From: a virus
IMG/VR virus record: IMGVR_UViG_3300045988_075126
Span: 1 to 64,000 of that record
Length of the DNA stretch: 64,000 nt
Direction: 5' to 3' (one strand)
The notes beneath the pieces are model-generated. The model worked only from the letters and a program-made list of their open reading frames with translations, was not told where the DNA came from and searched no databases. This document shows, piece by piece, positions 7,992 to 17,121 of the stretch. The number at the start of each line of letters is the position of its first letter. Position 1 is the first letter of the stretch. The translations under genes and the position numbers were made by a program.

Positions 7992-8752
7992 TTATAGGTT
8001 CAATGACAGGGCGTGAACTCTTTGAGATATTCAAGAAGGATAAGCCTATGCTAGAAAAATTTGCTATCGAAAAAGCAAAGAAGCTCATCCGTGAACTTCG
8101 AAAGGGAATGGGGCAATGTACTACTCAATGTTATGATTTCAAGACGAAAGACTCTACCGAGTACAAAGTATGCGTGTATGTAAATAGAGGAAACATCAGA
8201 CAATTCTATTTCGATATGTTTATCTATTGCAAGGAGACGAATGATTATGTATGTGCTACTTCCTTGTTGGACGAAGAGAATAGCGCAGAGCAGTTCAGTT
8301 ATACGCCCCATTTCTTACGAAGATATGCCGAGCGAGCATTGGGAATAGAGAATATGCCAATTAATAGGGTTTTAGCCCATATTGAAAGAGAAGTGGCTTA
8401 TACGGTGCTTATTTATAAGAATGATACAAGCAAGGTTGTCGCTACGAGTATGGGGCTTTATCTGCAAAAGATTGACTATAAGCGAGGTATTAATATTTGC
8501 AAGACTTTTGTTAGCGTAGATATGCTTAGATCTTCCCAAATTAAAGCATATATGGTAGTTGCCGACTTAATTAAAGAATATTCTGAACGATACACTAAAG
8601 TTCAAAGGAATGATAATGTACAGGTAGATTTCGCTAAAGATTGTTTGGCAAGAGGTATAACAGAAAAGGATTTGATTGAAGCTTATGGCGAATATTTCAA
8701 GAACAAAAAAATAAAAGAAAGGGGTTCGTATGGAGAGAATGACAAGAAATGA
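7988..8752 (+). CDS. Hypothetical protein (254 aa)
   Basis: Compact same-strand ORF. Confidence 0.7.
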   Translation: MIIGSMTGRELFEIFKKDKPMLEKFAIEKAKKLIRELRKGMGQCTTQCYDFKTKDSTEYKVCVYVNRGNIRQFYFDMFIYCKETNDYVCATSLLDEENSAEQFSYTPHFLRRYAERALGIENMPINRVLAHIEREVAYTVLIYKNDTSKVVATSMGLYLQKIDYKRGINICKTFVSVDMLRSSQIKAYMVVADLIKEYSERYTKVQRNDNVQVDFAKDCLARGITEKDLIEAYGEYFKNKKIKERGSYGENDKK

Positions 8753-9728
8753 TGCTGCTGCTTATTTAGGTGTTGACCCTCAAACGGTAACGAATTGGGT
8801 TAACAAGGGTTTGCTTGGAGGCTACAATGATAAGAGCAGTAAACGCTTTTGGGTGAATGCAGATGATGTTAAGAAGTATTCCGAGAAGTACAAGATGTTG
8901 TCAGTTACAGAAGACTTGCTTGATAGAGAACAGAAAGAGTTGCTGGCAAGTGAGCGCAAGGTAAATGCGAAGATACAAATGTTAATGCATGATGCCTTGA
9001 ACGTTTCTTCTTTCAGCTATGACAAGATAGGCGGTTCACTTTGTACGTTATTGGAGTTAACGTCACAAGGTGGAATGCGAGAGAAGAAGATTATGCAAGC
9101 ATTTTTTAATGGCGACAGAATTAGTAATATAGCCTACGAGTTTGGACTTTCAAGGGAGAGGGTGCGCCAGATTGTCATTAAGGCTATCCGGAAGTTCAAT
9201 TATGCGGTTGAAGAACTTGCTGATTTGAAGCAGGAGAACAATTCCTTGAAAGAAGAAATTAAGAATGTAAAAATGCAGTTGATAATGCAAGAGGGTGAAA
9301 AAGAAGAAGAACTTTCAGAAGATGTTCCTCCTTCAGTGTTCTCTATCCGCTTGGTAAATTGTAATTTACCAGTACGTGTTCTTAATGTGACAAAGGCAGC
9401 CGACATAGATACTATTGGAGATTTGGTACAATATTCCAAGTTCGAAATGGTAAAATTCAGAAACTTCGGAAAGAAAAGCCTTATGCAATTGGATGAATTC
9501 ATACACGAAATGGGCTTGGAATGGGGAATGGATAAGGCAAAGATATACGCAAGAGGTGTTCAGCGAATGAAGGATGACACTTACATTGAAGAGCTGTTTA
9601 GGATACATCTTGCGGACATAACAAGCGATATTGAGAAAAAGTATAATCTTTCTCCGGCTGAGGCTATGAAGAGAGCTTATAGTGAAATGAAGAGATATGT
9701 AGGATTTAAAGAGAAGAGCAATGAATGA
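8730..9728 (+). CDS. Chimeric transcription factor: excisionase/MerR-type HTH + sigma-70 region-4-like + RNAP alpha-CTD-like domains
   Basis: 'AAAYLGVDPQTVTNWVNKGLL'; 'FGLSRERVRQIVIKAIRKF'; 'LPVRVLNVTKAADIDTIGDLVQ...FRNFGKKSLMQLDEFIHEMGLEWGM'. Confidence 0.8.
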   Translation: MERMTRNDAAAYLGVDPQTVTNWVNKGLLGGYNDKSSKRFWVNADDVKKYSEKYKMLSVTEDLLDREQKELLASERKVNAKIQMLMHDALNVSSFSYDKIGGSLCTLLELTSQGGMREKKIMQAFFNGDRISNIAYEFGLSRERVRQIVIKAIRKFNYAVEELADLKQENNSLKEEIKNVKMQLIMQEGEKEEELSEDVPPSVFSIRLVNCNLPVRVLNVTKAADIDTIGDLVQYSKFEMVKFRNFGKKSLMQLDEFIHEMGLEWGMDKAKIYARGVQRMKDDTYIEELFRIHLADITSDIEKKYNLSPAEAMKRAYSEMKRYVGFKEKSNE

Positions 9729-9996
9729 AGTATATAACGATGTTTTAGGTAAGGTATTAAACATTAAATCAAACAATAATATTGCCGTTAAAGTTGAACA
9801 AGGAGCATTAGAAGTTAATCTGAAACAATGCAGTGTAAAGCGCATTATGTGGTTCTCTGTCTTCTTGATTGATGGGTTTACTATGCGACCATGTAGCTAT
9901 ACTTTCTATTCCTCTATGAGTGATGACGAGTTGGATGATACATTTACACAAGTAGAAGACAGATTGGAATTTCTGAAAAACTTAAATTCTAAATGA
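9721..9996 (+). CDS. Hypothetical protein (91 aa)
   Basis: ATG overlapping the upstream stop. Confidence 0.55.
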   Translation: MNEVYNDVLGKVLNIKSNNNIAVKVEQGALEVNLKQCSVKRIMWFSVFLIDGFTMRPCSYTFYSSMSDDELDDTFTQVEDRLEFLKNLNSK

Positions 9997-10092
9997 TATG
10001 ACGGAACAAGAAAGAAGAGTTGTGAACCGTCTTCTGTGAAACAAACGATGGTAGGTGTTGAAGTTCTGTATAATAAAGAAAAAGAATGATTG

Positions 10093-10161
10093 CACAATAT
10101 GGATAAGTGAATATGTAAGCCTTTGATATTTAGGTACTCCCAAGGTTATTTCGTATCTTTG
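10093..10161 (+). promoter_or_regulatory. Late-class promoter: CACA-N9-AGTGAA inverted repeat, with -7 TATCTTTG (10154-10161) 48 nt after AGTG
   Basis: Same geometry as the 12293, 15599 and 17156 sites. Confidence 0.55.
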
Positions 10162-10184
10162 CAAATAAAAAAGGAGATTTATAT

Positions 10185-10826
10185 ATGGCGGATAGAGGAT
10201 ATAGAGGCAGACCTCAACGAGGCGAAAGAGCGGATAGGCAAATCAATGCCGGACATAGCCGTGGCTTGGATGCGGCTTTGTCCGACACTGAAGCTAAGAT
10301 TAGAAAGTTAAAGACAGAACGTATTTATGCTTTCGACCAAAATGGAAAAGAGATAAGCCATTCCACAAAAGGTACTTCTACAAGTACGAAATTGCCAAGT
10401 GGTTACAATTACAAAGATGCGATATTGACGCATAACCACCCAGGAGAAGGGTTGGATAGCAATATTGCAGGTAGGATAGGAAGAAGCTTTAGTAGTGCAG
10501 ATATTGCTACTACGGTCATAAATAACGCATCAGAGATAAGAGCTATCACAGGCTCTTATACATACTCTATGAAAAGACCGAAGAATGGTTGGGGAATAAG
10601 TACGCAACGTCAAGCCGTGAATGTTGCAAGAAAAATAAAGGATAGGCGTATGAAATATTTTAATTCATATGTCGCTAAACCAAGTTCCGATTACACTCAC
10701 GGAAGAATAAGTAGAGAGCAGTTGTCAATTGCTTGGGACAGAGCTGATGTAGTTAGTACTAATAAAGCTCTTCGTGAAGTCGCAAAGGAATTAGGTTGGA
10801 ATTATACTCGCAAGCGTACTAGTTAA
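10185..10826 (+). CDS. Hypothetical protein with JAB/MPN-like 'HNHP...SxxD' motif
   Basis: 'AILTHNHPGEG...SFSSADI'; basic N-terminus; late-class promoter. Confidence 0.7.
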   Translation: MADRGYRGRPQRGERADRQINAGHSRGLDAALSDTEAKIRKLKTERIYAFDQNGKEISHSTKGTSTSTKLPSGYNYKDAILTHNHPGEGLDSNIAGRIGRSFSSADIATTVINNASEIRAITGSYTYSMKRPKNGWGISTQRQAVNVARKIKDRRMKYFNSYVAKPSSDYTHGRISREQLSIAWDRADVVSTNKALREVAKELGWNYTRKRTS

Positions 10827-10852
10827 GGCATATATTCAAAGGATGGGTAGTA

Positions 10853-11296
10853 TTACCCCTCCTCATGTGGAAAGAACTTTCCCATCATCGCAAGCGCAGT
10901 AGTACATTTTTCAAATTGTTTTTGGAATCCGTACTTCTTGGCTCTCGATTGGTTGTGATGCAGGTCATTGATTTTGACTTGGATTGCAACCATATCTTTT
11001 GAGTCGATGATAGATTGTACGTAGTCGAAATACGGAACACCTTCCTTGTGGGTTAGAATGCATACACTATCGGCAATGTCTTTTCTTACTCCTAGTGATA
11101 ACAGCTTGTCGTAGGTCATATCCGTATCTTCTATCGTATCATGGAGAAATCCGACACAAATCTCTTCGGTGCTATTACCCATTTCTCCTACATGGATGGG
11201 ATGCAATATCACCGGAAGTCCAACCTTATCAATCTGTCCCTTGTGCGCCTCACAAGCAATGCGGAGGCACAACTCTATCATTTCAGAATCTTTCAT
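10853..11296 (-). CDS. HD-domain small alarmone hydrolase (SpoT/RelA hydrolase-like, SAH)
   Basis: 'AHKGQIDKVGLPVILHPIHV' and 'GFLHDTIEDT' match the HD(p)ppGpp-hydrolase signature. Confidence 0.85.
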   Translation of the reverse strand: MKDSEMIELCLRIACEAHKGQIDKVGLPVILHPIHVGEMGNSTEEICVGFLHDTIEDTDMTYDKLLSLGVRKDIADSVCILTHKEGVPYFDYVQSIIDSKDMVAIQVKINDLHHNQSRAKKYGFQKQFEKCTTALAMMGKFFPHEEG

Positions 11297-11522
11297 ATTC
11301 TTCTTTCGTTATTAACTCACCTAGTTCAAGAGCATCTTGTGCATAGGTGTTCTCATTAAACTTAAACTCTTTTGGCTTACGTCCTTTACCTTTAGGGTAA
11401 CACATAAGTTCTTTATTTACATATTGATAACGGACAACGATGTCATCCTCCCAATAGTAAACATAAACCGACTCTCCGTTTTTAAGGAGGTGGCTGATTT
11501 TGTTCTTATCTTTATTATTCAT
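11283..11522 (-). CDS. Hypothetical protein (79 aa), overlaps the SAH start by 14 nt
   Basis: The track start at 11549 is TTG inside the promoter; first ATG used. Confidence 0.6.
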   Translation of the reverse strand: MNNKDKNKISHLLKNGESVYVYYWEDDIVVRYQYVNKELMCYPKGKGRKPKEFKFNENTYAQDALELGELITKEEYERF

Positions 11523-11546
11523 AGTCTTTATCTCCTTATTACAATG

Positions 11547-11588
11547 CAAAGATATAAAAAAGATATTAAACTTGCAAATAAATTAATG
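11547..11588 (-). promoter_or_regulatory. Early-class promoter (CATTAATTTATTTGCAAG block, -7 TATCTTTG)
   Basis: The -33 block is identical to that of the promoter at 36190-36232. Confidence 0.6.
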
Positions 11589-11616
11589 TTTATTGCTTGA
11601 AATTTAAATATATTAA

Positions 11617-12231
11617 TTATTGAAACGTTGCATAGTAAGCTTGTTGCATAGATACCGACCTTTGTTTCTTGCCTCCGTTACTCTTGGCGGTTCTACTCTG
11701 CTCGTATAACGCATGTCCCCAACCGGATGGTTTCTTGGTCTCTTTATAGATTTCTCGCATGGTCTTCCCACCCAATAGCTTGTAGGCTATCGAGTAATTT
11801 TCCTTGGCGTAAATCATCTTGGCAGTGTTAACTTGTATCTCACCAATAAGTCCGGTCTTCTTGTTCCGGATATTGATGATGTTTCCTGAATAACCAGTAT
11901 CCAGTTTCTGTTCCTTGAGTCTTACGAACTCAAAGCCTTTGTATTTTCCTTTTAGGTCTTTTATTATTTTCGGTATTGACCCTTTATCTGCTATGATGGT
12001 TGTTCTGTACGAGTCCTTTATGTCTTTAATGCCATTAGCCTCGCCCTTAGCCTTACGTACTATGGAGTCAACACTCTTGTAATTAATAGGAGTGACTCTT
12101 GCTCCATATTTCTTAGCTATACCTTCCGCTATAGCTTGTAGCTTATTACCTACCGACTCGGCTTTTCTCCGCATTGAGGTTGCTTGTGCTCTCAGCCTAG
12201 CATATGTCCCATTATTACCTACGTCTCCCAT
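11617..12231 (-). CDS. RelA/SpoT-homologue synthetase-fold protein (small alarmone synthetase / toxSAS-like)
   Basis: 'YKSVDSIVRKAKG', 'IKDSYRTTII', 'GYSGNIINI', 'GEIQVNTAKMIYAKE' follow the order of the RSH synthetase motifs; the track start is TTG, ATG at 12231 used. Confidence 0.7.
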   Translation of the reverse strand: MGDVGNNGTYARLRAQATSMRRKAESVGNKLQAIAEGIAKKYGARVTPINYKSVDSIVRKAKGEANGIKDIKDSYRTTIIADKGSIPKIIKDLKGKYKGFEFVRLKEQKLDTGYSGNIINIRNKKTGLIGEIQVNTAKMIYAKENYSIAYKLLGGKTMREIYKETKKPSGWGHALYEQSRTAKSNGGKKQRSVSMQQAYYATFQ

Positions 12232-12243
12232 ATCTTTTTTGTG

Positions 12244-12251
12244 CAAAAGTA
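12244..12251 (-). promoter_or_regulatory. Possible -7 box (TACTTTTG on minus strand)
   Basis: TAnnTTTG, 13 nt upstream of the ATG at 12231. Confidence 0.35.
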
Positions 12252-12292
12252 ACCAAAATATAAGCCAATTAGCATGTTGCTGCGATATGTTA

Positions 12293-12365
12293 TTTCACTA
12301 AAAAGACAAAGTGAAAAGACACGCAGACAAACATTCATCTTAAACAATTATTATTCATACCTTTG
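12293..12365 (+). promoter_or_regulatory. Late-class promoter: TTTCACT-N10-AGTGAAA, with -7 TACCTTTG (12358-12365) 48 nt after AGTG
   Basis: Direct reading. Confidence 0.6.
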
Positions 12366-12387
12366 CAAGAAACAATGAGTTGATAAG

Positions 12388-13194
12388 ATGACGAAACCAA
12401 GAGATTATTTCACAGGCAAGCAAGAAGAGTTCAAACGCTCCGAAGTGCAGATAGCACCATATAATCCAAGGAAGATTTCACCGCAGCAGAAAGCTACATT
12501 GAAACGTTCCATAAGAAAATATGGCGTTGTTGGTGGTATAACCGTCAATAAGCAAACAATGACCATCGTAGGCGGCAACCAAAAAGTAACCATCGTGGAT
12601 GAGATTATGGGCTATCCCGAAAAGGATTATACTCTTTTGGCTGAGGCTGTAAATATGGATTACAAGACCGAAGTTGAACTGAATTTCATGCTTAATTCCG
12701 AGAATGCTCATGGAGAATGGGATGACATGAAAGTCCGTGAGTTACTTCCGGACATAAACTATATGGATGCCGGATTAACGGAAGAAGACTTATCCCTGTT
12801 CGGCTATGATGCAATGGTAAAGACTGAAGGCGAAGATGAGTTAGGTAAAGAACTTAATTCCTTACTAGACCCATTTGCCCAAGAAAGCGAAAACAGAAAA
12901 GTGCCAGCACCAAAGGAAGTGCAAGAAGAGCAGAGACGACAGATAGAACAAAATCAAATTATAGCCAATCAGCAGCAAGATGCTCAATATCAAGCGAATA
13001 AAGAGCGTATGCAACAGGTAAAGAAAGAGGTAAATACCAAGGCAGCGGAAAAAGCTTTAGAAGCCGAGTCTTACGTCATGCTATCCTTTGACAACATCGA
13101 AAACAAGGAACGCTTTATGAGCACCTTTGGCTTTATCGAAACCGATAAGGTAATAAAGGGAGAAATGCTTATGAAGGTTGCTAAACGCATATAA
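12388..13194 (+). CDS. ParB-like domain protein, paralog of 4629..5408 with a degenerate catalytic motif
   Basis: 'APYNPRKISPQQKATLKRSIRKYGVVGGITVNKQTMTIVGGNQKV' aligns to the 4629 protein, but DGHKR is replaced by GGNQK. Confidence 0.75.
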   Translation: MTKPRDYFTGKQEEFKRSEVQIAPYNPRKISPQQKATLKRSIRKYGVVGGITVNKQTMTIVGGNQKVTIVDEIMGYPEKDYTLLAEAVNMDYKTEVELNFMLNSENAHGEWDDMKVRELLPDINYMDAGLTEEDLSLFGYDAMVKTEGEDELGKELNSLLDPFAQESENRKVPAPKEVQEEQRRQIEQNQIIANQQQDAQYQANKERMQQVKKEVNTKAAEKALEAESYVMLSFDNIENKERFMSTFGFIETDKVIKGEMLMKVAKRI

Positions 13195-13206
13195 ACAAAA
13201 AACAAT

Positions 13207-13398
13207 ATGAAAGCAATGAAAAAGATTATAAGATTCACGTTAGGGTTTATAATGGCGGCAATAACAATAGGTATGCTCATTCCCTTTATGATTGTTTCTA
13301 TGTTTCTCAAAAAAAGGAGAAAGAAAACGTTCAATATATGGGTGTCGTGTCTTTTTACCCCTTTGATAAACAAGATAGGACAATTGGTCAACTCATAA
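13207..13398 (+). CDS. Small membrane protein (63 aa)
   Basis: Hydrophobic segment 'FTLGFIMAAITIGMLIPFMIVSMF'. Confidence 0.55.
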   Translation: MKAMKKIIRFTLGFIMAAITIGMLIPFMIVSMFLKKRRKKTFNIWVSCLFTPLINKIGQLVNS

Positions 13399-13410
13399 AA
13401 TCGAAAGATT

Positions 13411-13536
13411 ATGAAGAAGAACAAGAAAAGATTAATGAAGATTGCGAACTTGGCTATAGCTATGGTATTGGCAATACCGATGTTCATACTAGCTGTTCCT
13501 TTCTATATGTATAACAAGATTAGAGGCAAGGTGTAA
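13411..13536 (+). CDS. Small membrane protein (41 aa)
   Basis: ATG ORF 'MKKNKKRLMKIANLAIAMVLAIPMFILAVPFY...'. Confidence 0.4.
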   Translation: MKKNKKRLMKIANLAIAMVLAIPMFILAVPFYMYNKIRGKV

Positions 13537-13582
13537 ATCCCATCTGCCCAATATATAGCGAAACAATAATAAATACAAGAAA

Positions 13583-14161
13583 ATGGCAAAACCGAAATTT
13601 GATTACAATGGCGATGCTTTCTACGATGAGATAGAACAGCTTGCAAAGCAAGGTCAGAAGGATTCTGAAATTGCCTACGCCCTTGGTTTGAAGTTTGGGG
13701 TTGACCTAAATCCACAGGTCTTCAACCGAATGAAAAACGGAAAATACGAGAATTGGAATGAAGACGAAAATGCGGAAAGAGGCGAAAGGATAACTCAATC
13801 CCTCGTGCGTGGCAGAGAATTTATTAATGCAATCGTGCGTGGCAGATTCCTTAAATGCGCCCTTGGAGGTGTCAAGGTAAAAGGCAAGACAACCACCAAA
13901 AGACACATGGTTGTAGATGGAGTTATGACAGATGATATAGTAGTGGAAACTAGAGAAACTGAGCAGGAGACTCCACCTAACGTACAAGCTCTTTCTACTT
14001 GGCTATTCCATTATGATATGACTTGGAGAGAGATACAGAGAGGTAAGAAGGATGAAGAGGAAAAGGGCATTCCTTTTGACCCTAAGAAAGGTATATCCGT
14101 CAATAAGTGGATTGAAAGAGAGATAGAACAGGAAGCAGAAGAGCAAGGGGAGGGTGAGTAA
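13583..14161 (+). CDS. Terminase small subunit (putative)
   Basis: 192 aa with an N-terminal HTH-like segment, immediately upstream of and abutting TerL. Confidence 0.65.
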   Translation: MAKPKFDYNGDAFYDEIEQLAKQGQKDSEIAYALGLKFGVDLNPQVFNRMKNGKYENWNEDENAERGERITQSLVRGREFINAIVRGRFLKCALGGVKVKGKTTTKRHMVVDGVMTDDIVVETRETEQETPPNVQALSTWLFHYDMTWREIQRGKKDEEEKGIPFDPKKGISVNKWIEREIEQEAEEQGEGE

Positions 14162-15444
14162 TGGCTAAAACACATTCCGTTTATTATCCGTTATATAATG
14201 ACAAGACGCATTTCATTTACCTTATTACAGGAAGTCGTGCGTCAGGAAAAAGTTTCTCCGTCTCTCAGTTTATCGAAAGACTTACTTTTGAATACAATGC
14301 CGAAAGAAAGATAGCGCATAAGATTCTTTATACACGTTATACAATGGTGAGTGCCGCTATTTCCGTAATTCCAGAGGTTAAAGAGAAAATAGAGATTGAT
14401 GGCACACAGGATTACTTCAAGAACACGAAGACCGATATAGTCAATAAGATGACAGGAGCTGAAATCATGTTCCGTGGTATCAATACTTCTAGTGGTAATC
14501 AGACTGCGAAGTTAAAGTCAATCCATGGAGTGACTATATTTGTTGTTGATGAGGCTGAGGAGTGGACTAGCGAGGAAGACTTTGAGCGAATTATGCTCTC
14601 TATCCGTCAGAAAGGCTTGCACAATCGAGTAATAATCATTATGAACCCATGCGATTCCAATCATTGGGTATATAAGCGTTTTATAGAAAAGACACATAAA
14701 GAGGTGTATTTTGATGGCGTTCCCGTCCAGATCAGCACAGACCCAAGAGTGTTGCACATTCATACTACATATCTTGATAACATAAAGCATTTGTCACCGG
14801 AGTTCCTTAATGAGGTGTTGGAAATGAAGGAGAATGAACCGGAGAAATATGCTCATATAATGATAGGTAGATGGACTGACGTATCAGAGGGTGCAATATT
14901 CAAGCATGTTGGCATTGTGGATAAGTTCCCTAGCAACGCAAGGAAAGTAGCCATCGGAGTAGACTGGGGATATTCGAAAGACTATACTGCCATTGTGAAG
15001 TGTGGTATCGTAGATAATCGCCTGTATATAGAGGAACTTTGCTATAGAACGGAAATGTTGTCCAATGATATTATAAAATTCTTGCGCCCTTATGCGGAAG
15101 AAGGTTTGTTTGTGTATGCGGATAGTGCTGACCCTAGACTTATAGATGAGGTAGCTCTTGGTGGAATAGTCATATATGGAGCACAAAAGGGTGCTGGTTC
15201 GATATTGGCTGGTATTGACAAGATGCAGACATTCGAAATCTTCACTACTAGGCAATCAGTCCATTTACAGAGCGAGTTCCGTAAATATGTGTGGTCAAAA
15301 GATAAGGATGGTAATTACATCAATGTTCCGGAAGACCATGACAATCATTTAATAGATGCTGCTAGGTATTATATTCTAGCTGTATTGCTCGGTAAGGTAA
15401 TGAAGCCAAGGAAAGCATCAAAATCAGACTTAGGAGTGTACTAA
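14161..15444 (+). CDS. terL: Terminase large subunit (PBSX-type)
   Basis: Walker A 'GSRASGKS', Walker B 'FVVDEAEE', nuclease part 'GVDWGYSKDYTA', 'DHDNHLIDAARYY'. Confidence 0.92.
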   Translation: MAKTHSVYYPLYNDKTHFIYLITGSRASGKSFSVSQFIERLTFEYNAERKIAHKILYTRYTMVSAAISVIPEVKEKIEIDGTQDYFKNTKTDIVNKMTGAEIMFRGINTSSGNQTAKLKSIHGVTIFVVDEAEEWTSEEDFERIMLSIRQKGLHNRVIIIMNPCDSNHWVYKRFIEKTHKEVYFDGVPVQISTDPRVLHIHTTYLDNIKHLSPEFLNEVLEMKENEPEKYAHIMIGRWTDVSEGAIFKHVGIVDKFPSNARKVAIGVDWGYSKDYTAIVKCGIVDNRLYIEELCYRTEMLSNDIIKFLRPYAEEGLFVYADSADPRLIDEVALGGIVIYGAQKGAGSILAGIDKMQTFEIFTTRQSVHLQSEFRKYVWSKDKDGNYINVPEDHDNHLIDAARYYILAVLLGKVMKPRKASKSDLGVY

Positions 15445-15555
15445 ATGACAAATATAATTACTTTTGTAATAAAAATACAAATATTTAACTATTAGATAGT
15501 TAGTGTAAGTACTCTATGATGGTGAATAAAGATCTAGTGTAAATAAAAAAGATTG

Positions 15556-15598
15556 TTTACTAAATAAAGATAGATTCTTTAGTAAATAGTCTTTTTTA
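15556..15598 (+). terminator. Rho-independent terminator
   Basis: TTTACTAAA...TTTAGTAAA 9-bp stem, then CTTTTTTATT. Confidence 0.6.
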
Positions 15599-15669
15599 TT
15601 CACTTAAAAACTAAGTGAAAGGCATACGTAAATTAAAGTGTGTAGAAACCATGTTTATTATTACCTTTG
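15599..15669 (+). promoter_or_regulatory. Late-class promoter: TTCACTTA-N5-TAAGTGAA, with -7 TACCTTTG (15662-15669) 48 nt after AGTG
   Basis: Direct reading. Confidence 0.65.
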
Positions 15670-15687
15670 CTTCAAAAAGTTATAAGG

Positions 15688-17100
15688 ATGTTTGTAGATT
15701 CAATTATTCAGATAAAGACATATTTTCGAAACCTCACGCTCAATGCGTTGGGTGTGGAGAGAAATATCTTCGAACGTTTGGAAGATAATGATGTTGATTC
15801 TGTCGTAAACATGATGGAACAACATGATTTCGATGTGGATAATGCCATTTCGGAATATAATCCGCAAACTCACAAGGTGATGAGCCGTGAGGATAAATGG
15901 GTAAAGGGAGAAAAACCATATAGGACGGAGAAGTTGGCAAGGACAAGGCAGAGATACATCAATGAGGTAGAGTTGTTCTTCTTGTTAGGTAATCCGATAA
16001 TGTGGAAGAAAGTAGAAGGTGACGATGAAGCCTTTGAGCTATACAAAAAATACTTGAAGAATATATACTTCAATACCAAGCTTCGCCAATGCAAGCGACT
16101 TGCCGGAGCGGAAACCGAAAGCGGACTTGTCTTTAATTTCTCGCAAAAAAACGGAGAAATGCATGTTGATGTATACGTAGCAGCACGTTCCAAAGGACAT
16201 AAGATGAGAGAATTGTTTGACCAATATGGAAATATGCTTGCTTTTGCGATAGGTTATTCCTTAAAGCGAGAGACAAGAACTGTTGAATGTTGGGATATAT
16301 TGACATCGGTCTTCAACTATCATTGTGAGCGTGGTGGCTTTGGATGGAAGGTGTATAAGTATCCTAATCCGACCGGAAAGATTAACGGCATCTACTTTCG
16401 CCAACCTAAATCATGGGATGGTGCAGAGCCAAGAATGGAACGTGAAGAGATGTTAGACTCCAAGATAGGAGATACGAACAACTATTTTGCCGACCCTATA
16501 GCTGCGGCAACCGCTGACGTGATACAATCAATCCCTAAGCGGAACAAGCCAGGCAAGCTGATACAATTGACAGGAAAGGATTCTAGGTTTGAATATATCA
16601 ATCCACCTCAGAACTCAGAAATTCGCAAGGCAGAGAAAGAGGACTTGGCTCAATCTATATTGTTTGATACATTTACACCGGATATGTCACCGGAACTGAT
16701 GAAAGCCATGAGTACGCTTACCAGTGTAGGTATAAAGCGAGCGTTGGTATTGGGCTACATCAAGAGGGCGAACCGAATGGAAATCTATGAAGAGCTTGTC
16801 GGTAGATTGTCGCATGTTATTATTGCCGTTATGAAGGAACTATATCCTGAAAAGAGAAGCAAGTTGGATAAGCTGGAAGTAGAGTTCGATTTCGCAGAGC
16901 CTTTTGAGGATGATAAAAAAGATAAGTGGAAAGTTATTGCGGAACTATACAATCAAGGTGTCCTGTCTCTAGAGACCGCTGTCCAAATGTTGGCTCTTAC
17001 GGATGCTCCAGCAGAAGAAATAGAAAAGATACGGAAGGATGCAGAAGATAAAGTAGCGTTAGCCGCAAAAGTAAGGGGAAACGAAAATACAACTTCATAA
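15688..17100 (+). CDS. Portal protein (putative)
   Basis: 470 aa, directly after TerL; the track start at 15667 is TTG within the promoter, first ATG used. Confidence 0.65.
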   Translation: MFVDSIIQIKTYFRNLTLNALGVERNIFERLEDNDVDSVVNMMEQHDFDVDNAISEYNPQTHKVMSREDKWVKGEKPYRTEKLARTRQRYINEVELFFLLGNPIMWKKVEGDDEAFELYKKYLKNIYFNTKLRQCKRLAGAETESGLVFNFSQKNGEMHVDVYVAARSKGHKMRELFDQYGNMLAFAIGYSLKRETRTVECWDILTSVFNYHCERGGFGWKVYKYPNPTGKINGIYFRQPKSWDGAEPRMEREEMLDSKIGDTNNYFADPIAAATADVIQSIPKRNKPGKLIQLTGKDSRFEYINPPQNSEIRKAEKEDLAQSILFDTFTPDMSPELMKAMSTLTSVGIKRALVLGYIKRANRMEIYEELVGRLSHVIIAVMKELYPEKRSKLDKLEVEFDFAEPFEDDKKDKWKVIAELYNQGVLSLETAVQMLALTDAPAEEIEKIRKDAEDKVALAAKVRGNENTTS

Positions 17101-17121
17101 TATCAAAAGCTTATTGTTTTT

